Assembly: GCF_035621115.1 (NCBI RefSeq)
Contig: NZ_CP141767.1
Length of the DNA: 32,000 nucleotides
Reading direction: 5' to 3' (one strand)
Source of the DNA: Escherichia coli
GTDB lineage: Bacteria > Pseudomonadota > Gammaproteobacteria > Enterobacterales > Enterobacteriaceae
Part shown: piece by piece, positions 13,637 through 22,716 of the stretch
Numbering within the stretch: the stretch's first letter is position 1
Layout: each line of letters begins with the position of its first letter
The notes under the pieces: generated by a model
Database searches by the model: none
Seen by the model: only the letters and a program-made list of their open reading frames with translations
Told to the model about the DNA's origin: nothing
Translations under genes and position numbers: made by a program

Positions 13637-13666
13637 CCCCGCCGGCGCAAACCGGGCGGGGTTTTT
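13637..13666 (+). terminator. ilvBN transcription attenuator
   Basis: CCCCGCC (13637-13643) pairs with GGCGGGG (13655-13661), followed by TTTTT; located between ivbL and ilvB. Confidence 0.9.
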
Positions 13667-13714
13667 CGTTTAAGCACCTCCCGGAAAGTCGGCCCAGAAG
13701 AAAAGGACTGGAGC

Positions 13715-15403
13715 ATGGCAAGTTCGGGCACAACATCGACGCGTAAGCGCTTTACCGGCGCAGAATTTATCGTTCATTTCCTGGAACAGCAGGGCATTAA
13801 GATTGTGACGGGCATTCCGGGCGGTTCTATCCTGCCTGTTTACGATGCCTTAAGCCAAAGCACGCAAATCCGCCATATTCTGGCTCGCCATGAACAGGGC
13901 GCGGGGTTTATCGCTCAGGGAATGGCGCGCACCGACGGTAAACCGGCGGTCTGTATGGCCTGTAGCGGGCCGGGTGCGACTAACCTGGTGACCGCCATTG
14001 CCGATGCACGGCTGGACTCCATCCCGCTGATTTGCATCACTGGTCAGGTTCCCGCCTCGATGATTGGCACCGACGCCTTCCAGGAAGTCGACACCTACGG
14101 CATCTCTATCCCCATCACCAAACACAACTATCTGGTCAGACATATCGAAGAACTCCCGCAGGTCATGAGCGATGCCTTCCGTATTGCGCAATCAGGCCGC
14201 CCTGGCCCGGTGTGGATAGACATTCCTAAAGATGTGCAAACGGCGGTTTTTGAGATTGAAGCACAGCCCGCGGTGGCAGAAAAAGCCGTCGCGCCCGCCT
14301 TTAGCGAAGAAAGCATTCGTGACGCAGCGGCAATGATTAATGCTGCCAAACGCCCGGTGCTTTATCTGGGCGGTGGTGTGATCAATGCGCCTGCGCGAGT
14401 GCGTGAACTGGCGGAGAAAGCGCAACTGCCTACCACCATGACTTTAATGGCGCTGGGCATGTTGCCAAAAGCGCATCCGTTGTCGCTGGGTATGTTGGGG
14501 ATGCACGGCGTGCGCAGCACCAACTATATTTTGCAGGAGGCGGATCTGCTGATTGTGCTCGGTGCGCGTTTTGATGACCGGGCGATTGGCAAAACCGAGC
14601 AGTTCTGCCCGAATGCCAAAATTATTCATGTCGATATCGACCGCGCAGAGCTGGGTAAAATCAAGCAGCCGCACGTAGCGATTCAGGCGGATGTTGATGA
14701 CGTGCTGGCGCAGCTGATCCCGCAGGTGGAAGCGCAACCGCGTGCAGAGTGGCACCAGTTGGTAGCGGATTTGCAGCGCGAATTCCCGTGTCCAATCCCG
14801 AAAGCGTGCGATCCGTTAAGCCATTACGGCCTGATCAACGCCGTTGCCGCCTGTGTCGATGACAATGCGATTATCACCACCGATGTGGGTCAGCATCAGA
14901 TGTGGACCGCGCAAGCTTATCCGCTCAATCGCCCACGCCAGTGGCTGACCTCCGGTGGGCTGGGCACGATGGGCTTTGGTCTGCCTGCGGCCATTGGCGC
15001 GGCGCTGGCGAACCCGGATCGCAAAGTGTTGTGTTTCTCCGGCGACGGCAGCCTGATGATGAATATTCAGGAGATGGCGACCGCTAGCGAAAATCAGCTG
15101 GATGTCAAAATCATTCTGATGAACAACGAAGCGCTGGGGCTGGTACATCAGCAACAGAGTCTGTTCTACAAGCAGGGCGTTTTTGCCGCTACCTATCCGG
15201 GAAAAATCAACTTTATGCAGATTGCCGCCGGATTCGGCCTCGAAACCTGTGATTTGAATGACGAAGCCGATCCGCAGGCTGCATTGCAGGAAATCATCAA
15301 TCGCCCTGGTCCGGCACTGATCCATGTGCGCATTGATGCCGAAGAAAAAGTGTACCCGATGGTGCCGCCAGGTGCGGCGAATACTGAAATGGTGGGGGAA
15401 TAA
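13715..15403 (+). CDS. ilvB: Acetolactate synthase I large subunit
   Basis: 562-aa TPP-dependent enzyme (GIPGGSILPVYDAL, GDGSLMMNIQEMATA...NNEALGLVHQ). Confidence 0.98.
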   Translation: MASSGTTSTRKRFTGAEFIVHFLEQQGIKIVTGIPGGSILPVYDALSQSTQIRHILARHEQGAGFIAQGMARTDGKPAVCMACSGPGATNLVTAIADARLDSIPLICITGQVPASMIGTDAFQEVDTYGISIPITKHNYLVRHIEELPQVMSDAFRIAQSGRPGPVWIDIPKDVQTAVFEIEAQPAVAEKAVAPAFSEESIRDAAAMINAAKRPVLYLGGGVINAPARVRELAEKAQLPTTMTLMALGMLPKAHPLSLGMLGMHGVRSTNYILQEADLLIVLGARFDDRAIGKTEQFCPNAKIIHVDIDRAELGKIKQPHVAIQADVDDVLAQLIPQVEAQPRAEWHQLVADLQREFPCPIPKACDPLSHYGLINAVAACVDDNAIITTDVGQHQMWTAQAYPLNRPRQWLTSGGLGTMGFGLPAAIGAALANPDRKVLCFSGDGSLMMNIQEMATASENQLDVKIILMNNEALGLVHQQQSLFYKQGVFAATYPGKINFMQIAAGFGLETCDLNDEADPQAALQEIINRPGPALIHVRIDAEEKVYPMVPPGAANTEMVGE

Positions 15404-15406
15404 GCC

Positions 15407-15697
15407 ATGCAAAACACAACTCATGACAACGTGATTCTCGAACTCACCGTTCGCAACCATCCGGGCGTAATGACCCACGTTTGTGGCCTTTTTGCCCGTC
15501 GCGCTTTTAACGTCGAAGGCATTCTCTGCCTGCCGATTCAGGACAGCGACAAAAGCCATATCTGGCTACTGGTCAATGACGACCAGCGTCTGGAGCAGAT
15601 GATAAGCCAAATCGATAAGCTGGAAGATGTGGTGAAAGTGCAGCGTAATCAGTCCGATCCGACAATGTTTAACAAGATTGCGGTGTTTTTTCAGTAA
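15407..15697 (+). CDS. ilvN: Acetolactate synthase I small (regulatory) subunit
   Basis: 96-aa ACT-domain protein, [27 protein letters not shown]. Confidence 0.98.
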
Positions 15698-15730
15698 GGA
15701 GCAATATTAAACCGCTCGGGGGGGTTACTG

Positions 15731-15748
15731 ATGAGCGATTTTTGATAG
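15731..15748 (+). repeat. 18-bp direct repeat, copy 1 (upstream of accessory gene A)
   Basis: ATGAGCGATTTTTGATAG, identical to 17339-17356. Confidence 0.9.
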
Positions 15749-15770
15749 ATCCGTTCAGATATATAGGGTG

Positions 15771-15803
15771 AAATTGTGCCAGAGACCATCTCAGGCACAA
15801 TTT
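15771..15803. terminator. Long hairpin, candidate terminator or regulatory structure downstream of ilvN
   Basis: AAATTGTGCC-A-GAGA-CCA-TCTC-A-GGCACAATTT; 10 + 4 bp stem with a single A/A mismatch. Confidence 0.6.
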
Positions 15804-15961
15804 ATTAGCCCAGGACGTTAATTTAAGTCGCTGCACCGATAACCAGGGGGTTGACAGTTAGGGCTAAAAATTTCCAGCGATGGTGTTAAATTCTGATTGC
15901 TGTCTATACCAGTGGTCATGACCAGCATTCTATTAATTAATGGTTCATCGTGAGGTATATT

Positions 15962-17257
15962 ATGGCAAGCCCTATAAACAGCGGAACAATGATGTCAAAT
16001 CCCTGCCCCTCCACCTTTTTGGATAAAAATAGAATTATTGCTGCTGAGCTTAATATCACAAATAACGAGAAAAAATATTCACCTGGCAGTAATTTCGCAA
16101 AATGGATGTTACAGGAAATAAAACGCTTAATAGCAAATATTATGTCCGGTTCTCGCAGTGTTAATACCGAAATCCTTAACTATTTTCACCCTATGCCAGG
16201 CACTGAAAATAATGGTAATCGTACCTGGATGGCGGCAACTGGAGAGAACGAATATACCGTAATCGAACAAACAGGTGGCAAATCCTTTAAAGTTATACAG
16301 TTTGATGCAGGTGAAAAAAATACAAAAAAAATAGTAAAAGAAACATCATATTCTGGAGTGGCTGTGGCGACTATTATCAAATCGCTGTCTGAAAAAACTG
16401 CTGCGTTAGAAACACATTCTGCTGACACGGTTTTGAGGAAAAAATTAGTTAATAGTATTGTTATGATGAATACGGATTGTAGTTACGAAATGCCTGCAGA
16501 CATTGTGAGTAATACATATGATTTATTAAACCTGCGAATTCAAAAAGATGAGGGCCATTTACCTGTTCAGGAAAAAATTGATATTACTGAGGATTATTTA
16601 CACTCTATGACTATGGATGCTCATAGATGTATAAAAGAACAAACTAAACCAAGTGGTGCTGCAAAAATAACTTGCTGTGGTGTTGAGTTAAGTAAAGATA
16701 TTCTTAAAAAGTTTGCAAACAAAATTGAAAAAATTGAACAAGATCCAAAATATATTCAAAACACACTTGAAGAAATGGTTAAACAGCTTTGCTTTGATGT
16801 TAATGATTGTGCTGAGGTAAGAGAATTATTAAAACAATCAAACGGTAATATTACGGATGATAAGATTGATGAAATAATCGCTTGCTTAGCCAGTCCTCAG
16901 GGGATTACATGTTTTTATTATTCTTCCGCACAAGGCTATCAGACTCGCTTACAACATACATCTCAAGATGTTCGCGAGTTACTCTCAAAGAGTTTGGATG
17001 GTGCCACTTCATTAACATTGCATTTAAAAAAATCAGGAAATGCTTTTTTTGGGTCTGGAAAGTATCTTAATGAAATGGATTTTACTATAAATGGGTTTAG
17101 TCAGAAGATGTATTCGATGGCGGTTAATAATGTTGGAAATGAAGTTAAGCTTCAGTGTTCTCGTTATTTTACTACCGGTATGGTCGACGAACAAAACTCC
17201 AAAATCGATAAAGTCACTTTTACATTTTTCGGTGCCGCAACAACTGCTGATTTATGA
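15962..17257 (+). CDS. Hypothetical protein, accessory gene A (431 aa), no recognised family; paralogous to the next gene
   Basis: Open frame with GAGG 6-7 nt before ATG at 15962; AT-rich compared with flanking core genes; conserved blocks shared with gene B. Confidence 0.85.
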   Translation: MASPINSGTMMSNPCPSTFLDKNRIIAAELNITNNEKKYSPGSNFAKWMLQEIKRLIANIMSGSRSVNTEILNYFHPMPGTENNGNRTWMAATGENEYTVIEQTGGKSFKVIQFDAGEKNTKKIVKETSYSGVAVATIIKSLSEKTAALETHSADTVLRKKLVNSIVMMNTDCSYEMPADIVSNTYDLLNLRIQKDEGHLPVQEKIDITEDYLHSMTMDAHRCIKEQTKPSGAAKITCCGVELSKDILKKFANKIEKIEQDPKYIQNTLEEMVKQLCFDVNDCAEVRELLKQSNGNITDDKIDEIIACLASPQGITCFYYSSAQGYQTRLQHTSQDVRELLSKSLDGATSLTLHLKKSGNAFFGSGKYLNEMDFTINGFSQKMYSMAVNNVGNEVKLQCSRYFTTGMVDEQNSKIDKVTFTFFGAATTADL

Positions 17258-17338
17258 TTTTTGCCTGATAAATCGCGTTTATCATTAAGGTGAACGCGTA
17301 TTGTTAACCGTCTGTGTATAAACAGTCTTTTTGAAATA

Positions 17339-17356
17339 ATGAGCGATTTTTGATAG
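17339..17356 (+). repeat. 18-bp direct repeat, copy 2 (upstream of accessory gene B)
   Basis: ATGAGCGATTTTTGATAG, identical to 15731-15748. Confidence 0.9.
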
Positions 17357-17532
17357 TGAATAAGTAGAATTAGTGATGCAATTGCATTGGGAAAATCGTT
17401 AAAAATTAACGACACATGGTCTTATTATTGAAATAAATGAAATATAGCGGTTAGCATTGACATATTTATCATGCTAACCATTGATGCTTCTAAAATGTCA
17501 AAATATGCAAAGTGTCATATTGCGAGGTTACT

Positions 17533-19002
17533 ATGGTTAGTGTGACGAGTTATACATATCCAACGGAAACAGAGAATGATAATAGCCAGTTTCAGAGTCA
17601 AACTCAGAGTCAGGGCCTGAGCCAGAGTCTAAGAGATAGTATCGAGGGTAATATTGCTGCATTTGATGCGATGGAACAAAGCGGCCTGCTCGATAATTGT
17701 AGAACATTATCTAAAGATGCCACTTTTCGTGAAGTTTTCCGAAATATATTATTATACATTTTAGATTCTTTTCATATCTATCGGCATGATATCAGTGGTA
17801 AATTGGTTTCTTATTTTCATGTTACGCCTGAATCAGCGAATGCGAATTATAAAACATGGATCGCTACCACTGGCATGGATAGCTATATAAAAATTGAACA
17901 GACCGGCAGTGATAAATTTAAAGTCACTGATGTGTATCGTGAGTTAAATGGCAAGAGTTTGGAAAAAAAGAGTAGGGATAGGGATTTTAGTGGTCGAAAT
18001 GTGAAAGAGTTTATAGGGTTATTATCAGAGCACGATGTATTGGAAAAGTATCAACTCTCAAAAGTAACAGTTGCTGCAAATGCTCTTAAGTTAGAAGTTG
18101 TTAATAATAATTTTAAAAATGAACTCAGCAGTGGAGTTACTGATGCTGAGCACCAATTAAAAAAAGCGTTATATGAACAAACTCAATCAACTCCAGATAA
18201 ATCAATCCAATATGAATTGATTCCAGATAAATTAATTCCAGATGATTGTAGTTATAAATCAGACATAAAAAAACTAGATGTTCGGGAGGGAGAGTTTAGT
18301 GCACTTCTTGCTGATGCATCAAGACATGTTGGAGAGGCTAGCTCATTTATTGCATGTTGTGGAGTTAAAATAAATAGCACAATCCATGAATTACTGAGGA
18401 GTAAAACCATGGCTTTGTCTGGTCATGGAGGTGTTAGAAAATATAAAGATTTCGAAAAACTTTTTAGTGAAATTGTATTTACGCCAGATGAATGTAATAT
18501 TGTGAGAAACTCTCTACAGAAAGATGGTGTTGAGAAAAAAACCAGAGAAAATATTATTTCTTGCCTCTCCAGTATTTCAGGAATAGGTAACCTGTATTAT
18601 GCTTGTTCACAGGCATTTCCTGTCGCGCTTGATAGGGGGGATATTAATGCAATACAGGCAAGCAATTCTATTTCTGCCGGGTTTAATAGTAACCCAGGGT
18701 TTTGTGCTTTGATGGGAAAAACAAATTTTCTTTTTGCTGACTTTTCACAGCATACATTCACACAAACTCATTATATTGTAAAAGCCGAAATAAATGAAGC
18801 TGGTAACGATTTTAATATTGCTAATTTCATTTATCGAACATACGGTGAGGATTATATTCATAACGACTCAGTGGATGACTCTCTTAATGAGCGTTCCGCT
18901 GAAGATTATAGGTTTCTGGATGACTCTTTGTTACCTGAAAACGATTTCCGCAACAGGAGGAGAAATTTCTCAGGCAATATTGCAATCGCAACCTACAAAT
19001 AA
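17533..19002 (+). CDS. Hypothetical protein, accessory gene B (489 aa), paralogous to gene A, no recognised family
   Basis: RBS-like GCGAGGT before ATG at 17533; paralogy to gene A, e.g. YFHVTPESANANYKTWIATTGMDSYIKIEQTGSDKFKVTDV vs YFHPMPGTENNGNRTWMAATGENEYTVIEQTGGKSFKVIQF. Confidence 0.85.
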   Translation: MVSVTSYTYPTETENDNSQFQSQTQSQGLSQSLRDSIEGNIAAFDAMEQSGLLDNCRTLSKDATFREVFRNILLYILDSFHIYRHDISGKLVSYFHVTPESANANYKTWIATTGMDSYIKIEQTGSDKFKVTDVYRELNGKSLEKKSRDRDFSGRNVKEFIGLLSEHDVLEKYQLSKVTVAANALKLEVVNNNFKNELSSGVTDAEHQLKKALYEQTQSTPDKSIQYELIPDKLIPDDCSYKSDIKKLDVREGEFSALLADASRHVGEASSFIACCGVKINSTIHELLRSKTMALSGHGGVRKYKDFEKLFSEIVFTPDECNIVRNSLQKDGVEKKTRENIISCLSSISGIGNLYYACSQAFPVALDRGDINAIQASNSISAGFNSNPGFCALMGKTNFLFADFSQHTFTQTHYIVKAEINEAGNDFNIANFIYRTYGEDYIHNDSVDDSLNERSAEDYRFLDDSLLPENDFRNRRRNFSGNIAIATYK

Positions 19003-19028
19003 TTCGCTTTTTCGCAATAACACGTACC

Positions 19029-19055
19029 AAACGCTTACCTTTCAGGTAAGCGTTT
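19029..19055. terminator. Rho-independent terminator upstream of uhpA
   Basis: 12-bp perfect stem AAACGCTTACCT (19029-19040) / AGGTAAGCGTTT (19044-19055), loop TTC, ends in TTTT. Confidence 0.85.
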
Positions 19056-19163
19056 TGACGATAAGACCAACATCATTAAGCCAATACATACCCCATATCC
19101 AACTTGAACAACATCGCGCTTATCGTTAAGGTATGCGCGTTTTTTATCCGCCAGGACCCAATC

Positions 19164-19754
19164 ATGATCACCGTTGCCCTTATAGACGATCACCTTATCG
19201 TCCGCTCCGGCTTTGCGCAGTTGCTGGGGCTGGAACCTGATTTGCAAGTAGTTGCCGAGTTTGGTTCGGGGCGCGAGGCGCTGGCGGGGCTGCCGGGGCG
19301 CGGTGTGCAGGTGTGTATTTGCGATATCTCCATGCCCGATATCTCCGGTCTGGAGCTGCTAAGCCAGCTGCCGAAAGGTATGGCGACGATTATGCTCTCC
19401 GTTCATGACAGTCCGGCGCTGGTTGAGCAGGCGCTTAACGCGGGGGCGCGCGGCTTTCTCTCCAAACGCTGTAGCCCGGATGAACTGATTTCTGCGGTGC
19501 ATACGGTTGCCACGGGCGGCTGTTATCTGACGCCGGATATTGCCATTAAACTGGCATCCGGTCGCCAGGACCCGCTAACCAAACGTGAACGCCAGGTGGC
19601 GGAAAAACTGGCGCAAGGAATGGCGGTGAAAGAGATTGCCGCCGAACTGGGCTTGTCACCGAAAACGGTACACGTCCATCGCGCCAATCTGATGGAAAAA
19701 CTGGGCGTCAGTAACGACGTTGAACTGGCGCGCCGCATGTTTGATGGCTGGTGA
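19164..19754 (+). CDS. uhpA: Response regulator UhpA (LuxR/NarL family)
   Basis: Receiver domain [16 protein letters not shown]...[13 protein letters not shown] and LuxR HTH ([43 protein letters not shown]); start refined from the longer ORF. Confidence 0.97.
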   Translation: MITVALIDDHLIVRSGFAQLLGLEPDLQVVAEFGSGREALAGLPGRGVQVCICDISMPDISGLELLSQLPKGMATIMLSVHDSPALVEQALNAGARGFLSKRCSPDELISAVHTVATGGCYLTPDIAIKLASGRQDPLTKRERQVAEKLAQGMAVKEIAAELGLSPKTVHVHRANLMEKLGVSNDVELARRMFDGW

Positions 19755-21256
19755 TGAAGACGTTGTTCTCCCGCTTAATTACCGTTATTGCCTGCTTTTT
19801 TATCTTCTCTGCCGCATGGTTTTGCCTGTGGAGTATCAGCCTGCACCTGGTTGAGCGCCCTGATATGGCGGTGCTGTTATTTCCGTTTGGTCTGCGTCTG
19901 GGGCTAATGCTGCAATGCCCGCGCGGATACTGGCCCGTATTGCTGGGCGCGGAATGGCTGCTGATTTACTGGCTAACGCAGGCGGTCGGTTTAACCCATT
20001 TCTCCTTATTGATGATCGGTAGTTTACTGACGTTATTGCCCGTGGCGCTGATCTCGCGCTATCGCCATCAACGTGACTGGCGCACCTTGCTGTTACAGGG
20101 TGCGGCGCTGACGGCGGCGGCGTTGTTGCAGTCGCTGCCCTGGCTTTGGCACGGCAAAGAGTCGTGGAATGCGCTGTTGCTGACTTTAACTGGCGGCTTG
20201 ACGCTGGCCCCGATATGTCTGGTGTTCTGGCACTATCTCGCCAATAACATCTGGCTGCCGCTCGGGCCGTCGTTAGTTTCTCAACCGATCAACTGGCGCG
20301 GGCGGCATCTGGTCTGGTACTTGCTGCTGTTTGTTATTAGTCTCTGGCTCCAGTTGGGATTGCCGGACGAACTGTCGCGCTTTACGCCATTCTGCCTGGC
20401 GCTGCCGATTATCGCGCTGGCCTGGCACTATGGCTGGCAAGGGGCGCTGATTGCGACGTTGATGAACGCCATCGCGCTGATCGCCAGTCAAACCTGGCGC
20501 GATCATCCGGTGGATTTATTGCTCTCGCTGCTGGTGCAAAGCCTGACAGGGTTGTTGCTTGGTGCTGGCATCCAGCGGTTGCGTGAACTTAACCAGTCGC
20601 TGCAAAAAGAACTGGCGCGCAATCAGCATCTGGCTGAACGGTTGCTGGAAACCGAAGAGAGCGTGCGCCGTGATGTGGCGCGTGAGCTGCACGACGATAT
20701 CGGTCAGACCATCACAGCCATTCGTACTCAAGCGGGCATTGTTCAGCGGCTGGCGGCAGATAACGCCAGCGTGAAGCAGAGCGGGCAGCTCATCGAACAA
20801 CTGTCGCTGGGCGTGTACGACGCGGTGCGCCGTTTATTAGGACGGTTACGTCCGCGCCAGTTGGATGATCTCTCCCTGGAGCAGGCCATCCGCTCACTGA
20901 TGCGGGAAATGGAGCTGGAAGGGCGCGGCATTGTCAGCCATCTCGAATGGCGTATCGATGAATCAGCATTAAGCGAAAACCAGCGCGTGACGCTATTTCG
21001 CGTCTGCCAGGAAGGGCTGAATAACATTGTGAAACATGCTGATGCCAGCGCGGTCACCCTGCAAGGCTGGCAGCAGGATGAACGGTTGATGCTGGTGATT
21101 GAAGACGATGGCAGCGGTTTACCGCCGGGTTCCGGGCAACAAGGTTTTGGCCTCACCGGAATGCGCGAGCGCGTAACGGCGCTGGGCGGCACCTTGACCA
21201 TTTCCTGTCTGCACGGCACGCGTGTCAGCGTTTCTCTACCTCAACGCTATGTCTAA
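19754..21256 (+). CDS. uhpB: Sensor histidine kinase UhpB
   Basis: MASE1-like membrane region, [24 protein letters not shown] phosphoacceptor helix, ATPase [11 protein letters not shown]; 1-nt overlap with uhpA stop. Confidence 0.97.
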   Translation: MKTLFSRLITVIACFFIFSAAWFCLWSISLHLVERPDMAVLLFPFGLRLGLMLQCPRGYWPVLLGAEWLLIYWLTQAVGLTHFSLLMIGSLLTLLPVALISRYRHQRDWRTLLLQGAALTAAALLQSLPWLWHGKESWNALLLTLTGGLTLAPICLVFWHYLANNIWLPLGPSLVSQPINWRGRHLVWYLLLFVISLWLQLGLPDELSRFTPFCLALPIIALAWHYGWQGALIATLMNAIALIASQTWRDHPVDLLLSLLVQSLTGLLLGAGIQRLRELNQSLQKELARNQHLAERLLETEESVRRDVARELHDDIGQTITAIRTQAGIVQRLAADNASVKQSGQLIEQLSLGVYDAVRRLLGRLRPRQLDDLSLEQAIRSLMREMELEGRGIVSHLEWRIDESALSENQRVTLFRVCQEGLNNIVKHADASAVTLQGWQQDERLMLVIEDDGSGLPPGSGQQGFGLTGMRERVTALGGTLTISCLHGTRVSVSLPQRYV

Positions 21257-21265
21257 GGTTCGATG

Positions 21266-22585
21266 ATGTTGCCGTTTCTGAAAGCGCCTGCCGATGCGCC
21301 ATTAATGACTGATAAACATGAAATTGATGCCCGCTATCGCTACTGGCGTCGGCATATTCTGCTGACCATCTGGCTGGGTTACGCGCTGTTTTACTTCACG
21401 CGGAAAAGTTTTAACGCCGCCGTACCAGAAATCCTTGCTAATGGCGTGCTCAGCCGTAGCGATATCGGCCTGTTAGCGACCCTGTTTTACATTACCTACG
21501 GCGTGTCGAAGTTTGTCTCCGGCATTGTCAGCGATCGCTCAAATGCCCGTTATTTTATGGGGATAGGGCTTATCGCCACGGGCATCATCAACATTCTGTT
21601 TGGCTTCTCGACGTCGCTATGGGCGTTTGCCGTGCTCTGGGTGCTGAACGCCTTTTTCCAGGGCTGGGGTTCACCGGTGTGTGCGCGTCTGTTAACGGCC
21701 TGGTATTCTCGTACCGAGCGCGGCGGTTGGTGGGCATTATGGAACACGGCGCATAACGTTGGCGGTGCGCTCATTCCCATTGTGATGGCAGCAGCTGCGC
21801 TGCATTACGGCTGGCGTGCCGGGATGATGATTGCTGGTTGTATGGCGATCGTCGTGGGGATTTTTCTCTGCTGGCGGCTGCGCGATCGCCCGCAGGCGTT
21901 AGGTTTACCTGCGGTTGGTGAATGGCGGCACGATGCGCTGGAGATTGCTCAACAACAAGAAGGGGCAGGGCTGACGCGTAAAGAGATCCTCACCAAGTAT
22001 GTGTTGTTGAATCCGTATATCTGGCTGCTTTCGTTTTGCTATGTGCTGGTCTATGTGGTCCGGGCGGCAATCAACGACTGGGGCAATTTGTATATGTCCG
22101 AGACGCTGGGCGTCGATCTGGTCACGGCGAATACGGCAGTGACAATGTTTGAACTGGGCGGATTTATCGGTGCGCTGGTAGCGGGTTGGGGCTCGGACAA
22201 ATTGTTTAACGGCAACCGCGGGCCGATGAATTTGATTTTCGCCGCCGGAATTTTGCTTTCAGTCGGCTCGCTGTGGCTGATGCCATTTGCCAGCTACGTG
22301 ATGCAGGCAACCTGCTTCTTCACCATTGGTTTTTTTGTCTTTGGCCCGCAGATGTTAATCGGCATGGCGGCGGCAGAGTGTTCCCACAAAGAGGCGGCAG
22401 GGGCGGCGACGGGATTTGTCGGCTTGTTTGCTTATCTGGGGGCGTCGCTTGCTGGTTGGCCGCTGGCGAAAGTGCTCGATACCTGGCACTGGAGCGGATT
22501 TTTTGTGGTTATCGCCATCGCCGCCGGGGTTTCCGCACTGCTGTTACTGCCCTTTTTGAACGCCCAGACACCGCGCGAAGCGTGA
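21266..22585 (+). CDS. uhpC: Membrane glucose-6-phosphate sensor UhpC (MFS/OPA family)
   Basis: OPA-family MFS protein (FYFTRKSFNAAVPEIL, YGVSKFVSGIVSDRSNARYFM); position between uhpB and uhpT. Confidence 0.96.
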   Translation: MLPFLKAPADAPLMTDKHEIDARYRYWRRHILLTIWLGYALFYFTRKSFNAAVPEILANGVLSRSDIGLLATLFYITYGVSKFVSGIVSDRSNARYFMGIGLIATGIINILFGFSTSLWAFAVLWVLNAFFQGWGSPVCARLLTAWYSRTERGGWWALWNTAHNVGGALIPIVMAAAALHYGWRAGMMIAGCMAIVVGIFLCWRLRDRPQALGLPAVGEWRHDALEIAQQQEGAGLTRKEILTKYVLLNPYIWLLSFCYVLVYVVRAAINDWGNLYMSETLGVDLVTANTAVTMFELGGFIGALVAGWGSDKLFNGNRGPMNLIFAAGILLSVGSLWLMPFASYVMQATCFFTIGFFVFGPQMLIGMAAAECSHKEAAGAATGFVGLFAYLGASLAGWPLAKVLDTWHWSGFFVVIAIAAGVSALLLLPFLNAQTPREA

Positions 22586-22716
22586 TGCATCTCACCTTTT
22601 CACTTCATATCCGGCAAAACTAAGAAATTTTCCAGGTTTTGCCTGGACGCTATCTCAGGCCTGATTTGCTGCTGATTTTTACAATGCCATCATTCATTAA
22701 TTCTTTCCCAAAATAA

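Noticed and set aside
14816-15559. 247-aa minus-strand ORF antisense to ilvB/ilvN
   Set aside because: Lies opposite a highly conserved enzyme with normal codon phase; long antisense ORFs are expected in GC-rich E. coli genes. No RBS or family signature.
15950-15961. GTG start for accessory gene A
   Set aside because: The GTGAGG is better explained as the ribosome-binding site for the ATG at 15962.
15700-19010. Accessory island as a transposon, integron or prophage fragment
   Set aside because: No transposase or integrase ORF and no terminal inverted repeats recognised at the edges; only the 18-bp direct repeat, which is internal to the module.
20743-21219. 158-aa minus-strand ORF antisense to uhpB
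   Set aside because: Low-complexity Ser/Arg/Pro-rich translation typical of an antisense frame; no supporting signals.
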